This document shows, piece after piece, positions 1 through 9,152 of a stretch of DNA of 64,000 nucleotides. Origin of the DNA: an uncultured Bifidobacteriaceae bacterium (GTDB lineage Bacteria > Actinomycetota > Thermoleophilia > Miltoncostaeales > Miltoncostaeaceae). Position 1 is the first letter of the stretch. The number at the start of each line of letters is the position of its first letter. The DNA lies in assembly GCA_964434425.1 (NCBI GenBank), contig CAYSVH010000013.1, positions 13,976 through 77,975 on the forward strand, in the 5' to 3' direction. The notes under the pieces were generated by a model. The model saw only the letters and a list, made by a program, of their open reading frames with translations. It was not told the origin of the DNA and made no database searches. Position numbers and translations under genes: made by a program.

Positions 1-456
1 GCGAAAGCGGCCGAGCATCTCCTCGCCCGATCGATGCGAGCGAGGGTGCACTGCACCCACGTGCTGCCCTATCTCGCCATGCGCGCGCGTCTTCAGCTCG
101 CGAAGCTGCACGCCGAGATGAGCGATCACACCGCTGGGCTCCACATGCTCCGGGAGATCGACGAGATCCGAGCACGCCGTCCGCGCGTCGGGCTGCTCGA
201 GCAGGAGATCGACCGACTTCGGCAGAAGCTGACCGACAGTTCGGGACGACTCGGCAGCGTTCCGCTCACACCTGCCGAGGTACGCATCCTCCCGTACCTG
301 CAGACCCATCTCACGATCGCCGAGATCGGAGATCGCCTCTACGTCTCGCGGCATACCGTGAGCACGCAGGTCGGATCGATCTACCGAAAGCTCGGTGTGA
401 CCACCCGAGCCGGGGCAGTCGAACGAGCCACGGAGATAGGCCTGCTCGGCGACTGA
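1..456 (+). CDS. LuxR-family transcriptional regulator, C-terminal part (5' end outside window)
   Basis: Frame is open from base 1. The C-terminal 'LTPAEVRILPYLQTHLTIAEIGDRLYVSRHTVSTQVGSIYRKLGV' is a canonical LuxR/GerE HTH. The upstream helical region resembles the C-terminal part of large LAL/MalT-type regulators. Confidence 0.8.
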   Translation, partial: AKAAEHLLARSMRARVHCTHVLPYLAMRARLQLAKLHAEMSDHTAGLHMLREIDEIRARRPRVGLLEQEIDRLRQKLTDSSGRLGSVPLTPAEVRILPYLQTHLTIAEIGDRLYVSRHTVSTQVGSIYRKLGVTTRAGAVERATEIGLLGD

Positions 457-643
457 ATCTCCGCGGGCCGACCGAGCAGTCGAGGTCACCTCCTCCGCCG
501 GCACCGCTCAAGCGCACTCGTCGGACCGGACCCGTGCTTCATGCGATCTGCATGATGCGTGCCGCTCATGTCCAAATGTACCGTTCTTGCGAAGGGACGC
601 GCTCCTGCGCAATGCGAGCTTTCTACCGAACGGGGAATGTGCC

Positions 644-1021
644 ATGGACTTCACGGAATTTCTACTCTGGCTCCTCTGGGCATGGATCATCGTTGTCTGT
701 CTCTGGACGTTCGTCTGGATTGTCATCGATGTCTTTCGCGACCACACGCTCAACGGCTGGGCAAAAACGGGGTGGCTGATCCTCTTGGTCGTGCTGCCGC
801 TTCTCGGATGCCTGATCTACCTGATAGCGCGCGGCAACGCGATGGCGTCTCGCCAGGCCGAGCAGTACGCGAGTGTCGAGCAAGCCCAGGCGGACTACAT
901 TCGAAGCATTGCGAATACCGCATCACCCGCCGCTGAGATTGAGCGGGCGAAGGGCCTGCTCGACAGCGGCGCGATCACGCAGTCGGAGTTCGATGACCTG
1001 AAGGCGCGGACACTCGCGTGA
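644..1021 (+). CDS. membrane protein with PLD-nuclease-N-like TM domain and C-terminal SHOCT domain
   Basis: ATG at 644 ('MDFTEFLLWLLWAWIIVVCLW...'). Two TM helices with 'GWLILLVVLPLLGCLIYLIARG' (PLDc_N-type), then 'LLDSGAITQSEFDDLKARTL' (SHOCT motif). Confidence 0.75.
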   Translation: MDFTEFLLWLLWAWIIVVCLWTFVWIVIDVFRDHTLNGWAKTGWLILLVVLPLLGCLIYLIARGNAMASRQAEQYASVEQAQADYIRSIANTASPAAEIERAKGLLDSGAITQSEFDDLKARTLA

Positions 1022-1521
1022 GCGACAAGAAGCAGAACATGGACACACTCGAGTACGGCCCGGTGGAAATGGTCCTCGCGGCATTCGAGGGGAGTAATCC
1101 GAGTGCGGGGGTGCTCGATGCGCTCGCCGAGCTGAACCAGTCCGGCACCATCAGGGTGATCGATCTCGCGTTCGTCTCCCGTGCGGACGACGGCGCCCTC
1201 GCTTTCGTCGAGATCGAGGAGAGCGGAGTCGATGTCGGAGGGCTCGAACTCGTCGCGGCCGGGCTGACCGCCGAGGAGGACCTCCTGGAGCTCAGCTCGC
1301 AGATGGAGCCTGGCACCTCGGCGCTCCTGATCGTCGTCGAACTCCTGTGGGCGAAGACGCTCGCCTCCCGGCTCTTCGACGCGAACGGCTTCGTTGTCGA
1401 CTCGGTGCGCATTCCCGCGCCCATCGTCAACATCGCCGTCGCCGAAGCGGAGGAGCTCGCCGAAGCCCTCGAGGAACTGGAAGAGCTCGAAGAGGTCGAA
1501 CCACGAGAGGAAGGCGACTGA
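1018..1521 (+). CDS. DUF6325/DUF1269-like acidic protein
   Basis: GTG at 1018 overlaps the upstream TGA (GTGA); alternative ATG at 1039. 'YGPVEMVLAAFEG...SGTIRVIDLAFVSRADDGALAFVEIEE' matches the family commonly found next to SHOCT proteins. Acidic Glu-rich tail. Confidence 0.6.
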   Translation: MSDKKQNMDTLEYGPVEMVLAAFEGSNPSAGVLDALAELNQSGTIRVIDLAFVSRADDGALAFVEIEESGVDVGGLELVAAGLTAEEDLLELSSQMEPGTSALLIVVELLWAKTLASRLFDANGFVVDSVRIPAPIVNIAVAEAEELAEALEELEELEEVEPREEGD

Positions 1522-1522
1522 C

Positions 1523-1843
1523 ATGCTGAGAAGAGGAGGACGGCCGGGTCTGATCGGGATGGCCGCTCGCACAGCGGTTGTCGCGGGAACCGCGACGGCG
1601 GTGAGCGGAAACGTCGCGCGGCGCCAGGCTGGACGTGCACAGGAGAAGCAGGAGCAGCACGAGTACGAGTTGCAGCAGGAGGCTGCGGCGATGGCGGCTG
1701 CGCAGCCCGCACCGGCTGCGCCGAGTGCCGCCGCCGGTGGAACAGACTTCGTCGCGGAACTGCAGAAACTCGCCGACCTGAAGGCTCAGGGGTTGCTCAG
1801 CGACGCGGAATTCGAGAGCGCGAAGAGCAGACTGCTGGGGTAG
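1523..1843 (+). CDS. SHOCT domain-containing protein
   Basis: ATG at 1523, 2 nt after the upstream stop. N-terminal hydrophobic segment, Gln/Ala-rich linker, C-terminal 'LADLKAQGLLSDAEFESAKSRLL' SHOCT motif. Confidence 0.7.
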   Translation: MLRRGGRPGLIGMAARTAVVAGTATAVSGNVARRQAGRAQEKQEQHEYELQQEAAAMAAAQPAPAAPSAAAGGTDFVAELQKLADLKAQGLLSDAEFESAKSRLLG

Positions 1844-1875
1844 GGAAGCCTCCAGAGCGGAAGAAAGGAACTGAC

Positions 1876-4218
1876 ATGAACCAGACTCGCACGGTGATCG
1901 GCTCCTCGCTGCCGCCCGCGCGCACACTCCCGTTCCCGCCGAAACCCTCGGGAAGCCTGGCGGGTCGCACGCTCGCAGAGTCGAGGTATTCTCCGCTGCC
2001 GCCCGAGCAGCATCTCGGCGACGACGCACCGAACATCCTCGTGATCCTCATTGATGATGCCGGCCCGGCCTTGCCTGCGCCGATCGGCGGCGCGGTCGAG
2101 ACGCCGACACTGGATCGCATTCGCGCAGAAGGCATCGGGTTCAACCGTTTCCACACCACCGCGATGTGCTCTCCCACGCGAGCCTCGCTGCTCACCGGAA
2201 GGAACCATCACCGAGTGGGCGCCGGCCAGATCGCCGAATTGGCGAACGACTGGGACGGCTACTCGGGGCACATCCCGAAGAGCAGCGCGACGATGGCCGA
2301 GGTGCTGCGCAACTACGGCTACTCGACCGCCGCGTGGGGCAAATGGCACAACACCCCGGCCGAGGAGACGACCAAGGCCGGCCCGTACGAGAACTGGCCA
2401 ACCGGCAACGGCTTCGAGTACTTCTACGGCTTCCTCGCGGGAGAGGCCTCGCAGTACGAGCCGAACCTGGTGCGCAACACCACCTCGGTGCTGCCACCGA
2501 AGTCGCCGGAGGAGGGCTATCACCTCAGCGAGGACATCGCCGACGACGCGATCGCATGGCTGCGCGACCACAAGGCGCTCTCACCCGACAAGCCCTTCTT
2601 CATGTACTGGGCGACCGGCGCCATCCACGGCCCCCACCACGTCCATAAGGAGTGGGCCGACAAGTACAAGGGCGTCTTCGACGACGGCTGGGACGTGTAT
2701 CGCCAGCGCGCGCTTGACGGCGCCAGGGCGGCGGGCTGGGTGCCGGAGGACGCTTCACTCACGCCACGTCCCGAGAGCCTGTCGGGCTGGGACGACATCC
2801 CCGATCATCAGAAGCCCTTCCAGGCGCGTCTCATGGAGGTGTGCGCAGGGTTCGGCGAGCACGCAGATGTTCAGGCGGGCCGTGTCGTCGACGCGCTCGA
2901 GGACCTCGGATACGCCGACAACACGATCGTCGTATACATCTGGGGCGACAACGGCTCGTCGGGCGAGGGCCAGAACGGAACGATCAGCGAACTGCTCGCG
3001 CAGAACATGATCCCGTCGACCGTCGACCAGCACATCGCGACCCTCGAGGAGCTCGGCGGACTGGACGCGCTGGGTACGCCGGCCACCGACAACCAGTACC
3101 ACGCCGCGTGGGCATGGGCGGGCTCGTCTCCGTACCAGGGCATGAAGCTCATGGCATCGCACCTGGGCGGCACGCGCAACCCGATGTTCATGAGCTGGCC
3201 CGGACGCATCACGCACGATCCGGTGCCGCGCACGCAGTTCCACCACGTCATCGACCTCGCACCGACGGTCTACGAGATCCTCGGCATCTCGCACCCGGAG
3301 GTGGTCAACGGCATCCATCAGGACCCGATCGACGGCACGAGCTTCGCCTACGCCGTCGACGATGCCGCCGCCGAGGGCCGCCATCGCACGCAATACTTCG
3401 AGGTCATGGCGAGCCGCGCGATCTACGAAGACGGCTGGATCGCCTCCACGACGGGGCCCCGGCTGCCGTGGGTGCCCGGGTCTCCCCCCGGAATCGCGAC
3501 GTGGACGCCGGATGCCGACATCTGGGAGCTCTACAACCTCGACGAGGACTGGAGTCAGGCGCACGACCTCGCCGCCGACAACCCCGAGAAGGTCGCCCAG
3601 ATGAAGGAGCTCTTCGCGATTGAGGCCGCGAAGAACAAGGTGCTCCCGATCGGCGGCGGTCTGTGGGTGATGCCGTTTCACCCCGAGGACCGCATCTCGG
3701 TGCCGTACACGGAATGGGAGATGACGGGCGACACCGTGCGCGTTCCCGAGTTCTGCGCGCCGGCGCTCGGCAACAGGCCGAACACGGTGAGGATCGAGGC
3801 GAACCTCCCGGAGAGCGCGAACGGGGTGCTGTACAAGCTCGGAGGCTCCGGCGGTGGACTCACGGCCTATCTCGTCGACGGCGTTCTCCACTACGAGTAC
3901 AATCTCTTCCTCATTCAGCGCACCCGGATCGCGGCGTCCGCCCCGGTGCCGGCGGGCGATCATGTGATCGAGATCGAGACGCACTACATCGAGCCTCGGC
4001 CCGGTGGTCCGCTGCGCGTGACGCTGCGAGTCGACGGCGACGAAGTCGGATCCGGAGACGTACCGGTCAGCGCGCCTCTGCTGTTCTCGGCCAACGACTG
4101 CCTCGATATCGGGCGCGCATACGGCGGAGCCGTCTCGCGGGACTATGCGGACCGCATGCCCTTCGCCTTAGACGGGCGGATCGACCGGGTGCACATCACG
4201 TATTCCGCGCCGACGTGA
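1876..4218 (+). CDS. arylsulfatase (formylglycine-dependent sulfatase family)
   Basis: 780 aa. 'ILVILIDDAG' metal site and the 'CSPTRASLLTGRNHH' C-x-P-x-R sulfatase signature. RBS-like 'gaaagga' upstream of the ATG. Confidence 0.9.
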   Translation: MNQTRTVIGSSLPPARTLPFPPKPSGSLAGRTLAESRYSPLPPEQHLGDDAPNILVILIDDAGPALPAPIGGAVETPTLDRIRAEGIGFNRFHTTAMCSPTRASLLTGRNHHRVGAGQIAELANDWDGYSGHIPKSSATMAEVLRNYGYSTAAWGKWHNTPAEETTKAGPYENWPTGNGFEYFYGFLAGEASQYEPNLVRNTTSVLPPKSPEEGYHLSEDIADDAIAWLRDHKALSPDKPFFMYWATGAIHGPHHVHKEWADKYKGVFDDGWDVYRQRALDGARAAGWVPEDASLTPRPESLSGWDDIPDHQKPFQARLMEVCAGFGEHADVQAGRVVDALEDLGYADNTIVVYIWGDNGSSGEGQNGTISELLAQNMIPSTVDQHIATLEELGGLDALGTPATDNQYHAAWAWAGSSPYQGMKLMASHLGGTRNPMFMSWPGRITHDPVPRTQFHHVIDLAPTVYEILGISHPEVVNGIHQDPIDGTSFAYAVDDAAAEGRHRTQYFEVMASRAIYEDGWIASTTGPRLPWVPGSPPGIATWTPDADIWELYNLDEDWSQAHDLAADNPEKVAQMKELFAIEAAKNKVLPIGGGLWVMPFHPEDRISVPYTEWEMTGDTVRVPEFCAPALGNRPNTVRIEANLPESANGVLYKLGGSGGGLTAYLVDGVLHYEYNLFLIQRTRIAASAPVPAGDHVIEIETHYIEPRPGGPLRVTLRVDGDEVGSGDVPVSAPLLFSANDCLDIGRAYGGAVSRDYADRMPFALDGRIDRVHITYSAPT

Positions 4219-4371
4219 GGTGAGCTATACGGGATCAGCACGAGAGATCGAGGTGCTTCGCACCGGTGACGACCGGGGCCAGTCGCATGACGGTGCTTCG
4301 GATCCCTTGTCCTTCACATTCGACGAGCGGATTGATCGCCGACATGGCCTTGCCAAGACACCGCAGCGAGC

Positions 4372-5046
4372 GTGATTTCCGTGGCGGAGGGTAGAGACGA
4401 TACTGCGGAGCCGACAGGTGCCAGCCGACCCTCCGCCACGGAATCTCGCGTCCATCGGGCGCACGAGGTGCTCGCAGTCGTACTGCTGTCGGTGACGGTG
4501 ATCATCACGGCCTGGTGCGGCTTCCAGGCATCGCAGTGGAGCGGTCAGATGTCGATCCAGTTCAGTCAGGCCTCGGCTGCCCGCATCCAGGCCGTCAACT
4601 TCGACAGCGAGGCGCGCGACGTACAGGCCGTGGATCTTACGATCTACGGCATGTGGCTCCAGGCGCGGGCGACCGGTGACGACGATCTTGCCAGATACAT
4701 CGAGGCCCGCTTCACCCCGGCGTTCGCCAAGGCGTTCGCCGATTGGCAGAAGAACGGCGAGAATCTGCGATCTCCGTTCGCTGAACCGTCCTACGTACCC
4801 GAAGGGCGAGAGGACGCGGCGATAGCGACAGAGAAGGCCGACAAGTTGTTCAAGCAGGCCCTGGTGAACAACCGGACCGGCGACAACTACACGCTCCTGA
4901 CGGTTCTATTCGCGCTCGTGCTGTTCTTCACCGCCATCTCCGAGCGCGGCCGCAACCACTGGACCAAGTGGCTCCTGCTGGGGTTGGGAGTCGCGTTCGG
5001 CGGCGCAGGGGTTGTGGTCATGCTGACCTTCCCGGTGATCATCTGA
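4372..5046 (+). CDS. hypothetical membrane protein
   Basis: GTG start. TM helix near the N-terminus and two near the C-terminus ('YTLLTVLFALVLFFTAI', 'WLLLGLGVAFGGAGVVVMLTF'). High GC3. No family recognised. Confidence 0.6.
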   Translation: MISVAEGRDDTAEPTGASRPSATESRVHRAHEVLAVVLLSVTVIITAWCGFQASQWSGQMSIQFSQASAARIQAVNFDSEARDVQAVDLTIYGMWLQARATGDDDLARYIEARFTPAFAKAFADWQKNGENLRSPFAEPSYVPEGREDAAIATEKADKLFKQALVNNRTGDNYTLLTVLFALVLFFTAISERGRNHWTKWLLLGLGVAFGGAGVVVMLTFPVII

Positions 5047-5163
5047 CCCGTCGCATCCTCGAAGTCGGGTTCTTCTGGCATTCACGTGGGTCGTTTGACG
5101 GGGATTCGGCCGCAGACGAGGGTGAGCATGGTGAGGAGGGAGTCGAGTCTGCGGAATCCGCGG

Positions 5164-5256
5164 GCGCGCAGCCTCACCGATCGTCATCTGTCCAGACAAC
5201 ACCGACAACACCAGCCTCGGCTTGTCATCGGTCGCAATCACTGGCGGTCGTCCCAT
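5164..5256 (-). pseudogene. possible remnant of a transposase N-terminal HTH (31 codons, then the frame decays)
   Basis: 'MGRPPVIATDDKPRLVLSVLSGQMTIGEAAR' resembles the 'RIVLSVLxGExSIxEAARxxGVS' start of IS-encoded HTH proteins. Downstream sequence no longer matches in any frame. Lies in a 460-bp non-coding gap. Confidence 0.25.
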
Positions 5257-5507
5257 CTCACAGCTCTCTTCCCAGGAACCCGACTCTACGGCCCTGAACC
5301 GGGCGCGCTCATTGCACCTCATAGTCCCGCGACCCGGAGGTTCGTGTGTGCCTTCTCGCCCGGCCTCTGCCTCTGAGCGGTGCCACGACGGACGCCGGTT
5401 TGCCCGGGCGCGTCCGCGCATGAGTGACGCTTCCGTGCCGCCCGTCGGGGTGACGACTCCGCCCAACGGCGACCGCATCTTCATGCAGGTGCTGGTCACA
5501 GGAACGC

Positions 5508-5969
5508 GTGACGTACCATGAATCCATGCCTCCGGACACCGACGAACTGCGCCGGCTCTGCCGGGCACGCGACCGGATGGACCGCGAGTTCGCCCGTCCC
5601 CTGGACGTTCCCGCGCTGGCCCGCACGGCGCTCATGTCGACGGCCCACTTCAGCCGACGCTTCCGCGAGGTCTACTCCGAGACGCCGTACTCGTACCTCA
5701 TGACACGACGCATCGAGCGGGCGCAGGCGCTTCTCCGCCGCGGCGACGTAACCGTGACCGAGGCGTGCTTCGCAGTGGGCTGCACCAGCCTCGGATCGTT
5801 CTCGTCGCGGTTCACCCAGATCGTGGGCGAGACGCCGAGCGCGTACCGGACGCGGGTGCACGACGAAATCCGCGCTCTGGCGCCGTGTCAGGCGATGATC
5901 GTCACACGACCGCGTCGAACGGGCGCACGAACCGAGGCGAGCAGGATCGAAGAAGCGGCGCACTGCTGA
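5508..5969 (+). CDS. AraC-family transcriptional regulator (HTH domain only)
   Basis: 'ALMSTAHFSRRFREVYSETPYSYLMTRRIERAQALLRRGDVTVTEACFAVGCTSLGSFSSRFTQIVGETPSAYR' is a double HTH_18 AraC signature. GTG 5508 or ATG 5526. Confidence 0.85.
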   Translation: MTYHESMPPDTDELRRLCRARDRMDREFARPLDVPALARTALMSTAHFSRRFREVYSETPYSYLMTRRIERAQALLRRGDVTVTEACFAVGCTSLGSFSSRFTQIVGETPSAYRTRVHDEIRALAPCQAMIVTRPRRTGARTEASRIEEAAHC

Positions 5970-6029
5970 TCCCGCCTACCGTGGTCTCACGGTCGTTGGA
6001 TCACCACGGTCACGAAACGAGGACACATC

Positions 6030-6434
6030 ATGGAAGTCTCACTGAGCACGGTCCACATCCTGGTGGACGACCCGGAGGCGGCCCTCGCCTTCTACCGCGA
6101 CGCACTGGGCCTGACGGTCCAGTACGACGGGACACGGGGCGAGTTCCGCTGGATCACACTCGTCACCGAAAGCCAGCCGGAGGTGGCGATCGTCCTCTCG
6201 CATCCGCGCGTGGGTCGCTCGGAGGCCGATGGCGACGCCATGGCCGCGATGCTGGCGAAGGGCGAGTTCCGGCCGGTCCACCTGCGGTGCGACGACCTGG
6301 ACGCGGTCTTCGCGCGGGTGGCCGCGACCCCCGGTGCCGACGTGCTGCAGGAACCGGCGGACCAGCCGTGGGGTGTCCGAGACGGCGCGGTGCGCGATCC
6401 GGCGGGCAACATGCTCCGTATCGAGCAGGCGTAG
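6030..6434 (+). CDS. VOC-family (glyoxalase/bleomycin-resistance-like) protein
   Basis: 134 aa. 'VHILVDDPEAALAFYRDALGL...' and 'QPWGVRDGAVRDPAGNMLRI' are typical VOC beta-alpha-beta-beta-beta modules. Confidence 0.85.
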   Translation: MEVSLSTVHILVDDPEAALAFYRDALGLTVQYDGTRGEFRWITLVTESQPEVAIVLSHPRVGRSEADGDAMAAMLAKGEFRPVHLRCDDLDAVFARVAATPGADVLQEPADQPWGVRDGAVRDPAGNMLRIEQA

Positions 6435-6505
6435 ATGGAATCAGCCATCTGGCCGCGCCGGGCATACGTGCGGCTGCCGCGAACGCTCACCCACGGAGAC
6501 CGTTG

Positions 6506-8896
6506 ATGGCGAAGACGACGAAGGCCGTACCGGGATCGAACGGCGGCCATCCGGCTGACGCACACGACTTGATCCGCGTTCAGGGTGCCCGCGTCAACAA
6601 CCTGAGGGACGTGAGCCTCGAGATTCCGAAGCGTCGGCTGACGGTGTTCACCGGCGTGTCGGGATCCGGGAAGAGCTCCCTGGTCTTCGGCACCATCGCG
6701 GCCGAGTCGCAGCGTCTCATCAACGAGACGTACAGCGCGTTCCTCCAGGGTCTCATGCCGACCACGGCCCGGCCGGACGTCGACGTCCTCGACGGCATCA
6801 CCACCGCCATCGCGGTGGACCAGGAGCGCATCGGGGCCAATGCGCGCTCCACGGTGGGCACCGTCACCGACGTGAACGCCATGCTGCGCATCCTCTTCAG
6901 CCGGACGGGCGAGCCCCACATCGGTGGCCCCAACGCCTTCTCGTTCAACGTCGCAACCGCCCACGGGTCGGGCGCCATCACCATCGAGCGCGGGTCGAAG
7001 AAGGCCCAGAAGAAGAGCTTCACGGTCCTCGGCGGGATGTGCCCGCGCTGCGAGGGGATGGGCACGGTCAGCGACATCGACCTGAACGAGCTGTACGACG
7101 CCTCCAAGTCGCTGAACGACGGGCCGTTCACCATCCCCGGCTACAGGGCCGGCGGCTGGGAGGTCCGGATGTTCAGCGAGTCGGGCCTCTTCGATCCGGG
7201 CAAGCCGATCGGGAAGTACACGAAGAAGGAACTCGCGGACTTCCTGACCCACGAGCCGACCAAGATCACGATCTCGGGTGTCAACATCACCTTCGAGGGG
7301 CTGCTCCCGCGTATCCAGCGGTCGTTCCTGTCGAAAGACGTTGACTCCCTGCAGCCGCACATCCGGGCGTTCGTCGAGCGCATCGCGACCTTCGCGCCCT
7401 GCCCGGACTGCGACGGCACGCGTCTCAACGAGTCGGCCCGCTCATCGCGCATCAACGGCTCCAGCATCGCCGACCTGTGCGCCATGCAGATCAGCGATCT
7501 CGCAGGGTGGGTACGCGATCTGGACGCACCCGCGATGGCGCCCCTCCTGGAGAAGCTGGGGGACAGCCTCGACTCGTTCGTCGAGATCGGCCTCGGCTAT
7601 CTGAGCCTGGATCGTGCGTCGGGAACCCTGTCCGGCGGTGAGGCGCAGCGGACCAAGATGGTGCGCCACCTCGGATCGTCGCTCACGGATGTCACGTACG
7701 TGTTCGACGAGCCCAGCGTCGGTCTCCACCCCCACGACATCCGGCGCATGAACGAGCTCCTCGTTCGCCTGCGCGATAAGGGCAACACGGTGCTCGTTGT
7801 GGAGCACAAGCCCGAGGTCATTGCGATCGCCGACCACGTCGTCGACATCGGACCGGGTGCCGGATCCGATGGTGGAACCGTCTGCTTCGAGGGCACCGTC
7901 GACGAACTTCGCGGATCGCAGACCCTCACCGGCCGTCACCTGGACGACCGCGCCTCCCCGCGGGAGGACGTCCGTGAGGCGAGCGGGGTCCTCGAGGTGC
8001 GGGGCGCCGACATGCACAACCTGCAGGACGTCGACGTCGACATCCCGCTCGGTGTTCTCGTCGTTCTCACGGGCGTGGCCGGCTCGGGGAAGAGCTCCCT
8101 GATCCAGAGTTCGGTCGCCGGCCGCGACGACGTGATCATGGTCGACCAGACCCCCATCCGCGGCTCACGTCGCAGCAACCCGGCCACCTACACGGGCATG
8201 CTCGAGTCGATCCGCAAGGCGTTCGCCAAGGCCAATGGCGTGAAACCCTCGCTCTTCAGCGCCAACTCGGAGGGTGCGTGCCCCACCTGCAACGGCAACG
8301 GTGTGATCTACGCCGACCTGGGGATCATGGCCGGGGTCGCCGCCATGTGCGAGGACTGCGAGGGGCGCCGCTTCCAGGCTGAGGTTCTGGAATACCGGTT
8401 CGGCGGGCGTGACATCAGTGAGGTCCTCGCGATGTCGGTGGCCGAGGCCCGTGACCTCTTCGGTGAGGGTGACGCCCGCATCCCGGCCGCGCACAGCATC
8501 CTGGGGCACCTGGCGGACGTCGGGCTGGGGTACCTGAAGGTGGGGCAGCCCCTCACGACGCTTTCGGGCGGCGAGCGTCAGCGGCTCAAGCTGGCGACGC
8601 ACATGTCGGAGAAGGGTGGCGTCTACGTCCTGGATGAGCCCACCACCGGCCTTCACCTGGCGGACGTCGAGAACCTGCTGGCACTACTCGACCGGCTGGT
8701 CGACTCGGGCAAGTCGGTGATCGTCATCGAACACCACCAGGCGGTCGTGGCCCACGCCGACTGGATAATCGATCTGGGCCCCGGCGCCGGCCACGACGGC
8801 GGCCGCGTCGTGTTCGAGGGAACACCGGCCGACCTCGTGGCCACCCGTTCGACGGTCACCGGTGAGCATCTGGCGGAGTACGTGAGCGCTCCGTAG
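6506..8896 (+). CDS. UvrA-like excinuclease ABC subunit A paralog (short, class II/UvrA2-type)
   Basis: ATG at 6506 inside the long 5765 ORF. Two Walker A sites ('GVSGSGKSS', 'GVAGSGKSS'), two ABC signatures ('LSGGEAQR', 'LSGGERQR'), and Zn modules 'CPRCEGMG', 'CPDCDGTR', 'CPTCNGNG', 'CEDCEGRR'. Only 796 aa, shorter than canonical UvrA. Confidence 0.9.
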   Translation: MAKTTKAVPGSNGGHPADAHDLIRVQGARVNNLRDVSLEIPKRRLTVFTGVSGSGKSSLVFGTIAAESQRLINETYSAFLQGLMPTTARPDVDVLDGITTAIAVDQERIGANARSTVGTVTDVNAMLRILFSRTGEPHIGGPNAFSFNVATAHGSGAITIERGSKKAQKKSFTVLGGMCPRCEGMGTVSDIDLNELYDASKSLNDGPFTIPGYRAGGWEVRMFSESGLFDPGKPIGKYTKKELADFLTHEPTKITISGVNITFEGLLPRIQRSFLSKDVDSLQPHIRAFVERIATFAPCPDCDGTRLNESARSSRINGSSIADLCAMQISDLAGWVRDLDAPAMAPLLEKLGDSLDSFVEIGLGYLSLDRASGTLSGGEAQRTKMVRHLGSSLTDVTYVFDEPSVGLHPHDIRRMNELLVRLRDKGNTVLVVEHKPEVIAIADHVVDIGPGAGSDGGTVCFEGTVDELRGSQTLTGRHLDDRASPREDVREASGVLEVRGADMHNLQDVDVDIPLGVLVVLTGVAGSGKSSLIQSSVAGRDDVIMVDQTPIRGSRRSNPATYTGMLESIRKAFAKANGVKPSLFSANSEGACPTCNGNGVIYADLGIMAGVAAMCEDCEGRRFQAEVLEYRFGGRDISEVLAMSVAEARDLFGEGDARIPAAHSILGHLADVGLGYLKVGQPLTTLSGGERQRLKLATHMSEKGGVYVLDEPTTGLHLADVENLLALLDRLVDSGKSVIVIEHHQAVVAHADWIIDLGPGAGHDGGRVVFEGTPADLVATRSTVTGEHLAEYVSAP

Positions 8897-8929
8897 GAGC
8901 GTCGGCGGGGTGCCGGCGCGAGAGGGCGT

Positions 8930-9059
8930 GCGCAAGTCTGGTGCCAGGCACCAGACTTGCGCCGACGGACGGACTCGCCGAAAATTGCCCTGAATGCAGG
9001 GTATTCGTGTTTGTGTGATTCGGCACGCGCAAGTTAAGTGCCTGGCACCAGACTTGCGC
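8930..9059. repeat. family-P composite repeat, copy A (two ~33-nt palindromes plus 64-nt linker), reverse orientation
   Basis: Perfect palindrome GCGCAAGTCTGGTGCC-A-GGCACCAGACTTGCGC (8930-8962), an AT-richer linker, then imperfect GCGCAAGTTAAGTGCC-T-GGCACCAGACTTGCGC (9027-9059). Homologous copies at 38076-38210, 52151-52245 and 57004-57132. Confidence 0.75.
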
Positions 9060-9152
9060 GCACCCCGAAATGGAGTCAGGCGGCGCGCGCCTCCCGCAGC
9101 ACCGTCGCCCACCAGACGAAGTCGTCGAACATGGCGTCGACCGACGGCAGGA

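Noticed and set aside
5765-6505. 5' extension making the UvrA-like ORF 1043 aa
   Set aside because: The extension overlaps the AraC and VOC genes in another frame and is Arg/Pro/Gly-rich with no UvrA similarity. The canonical UvrA N-terminus begins at ATG 6506.
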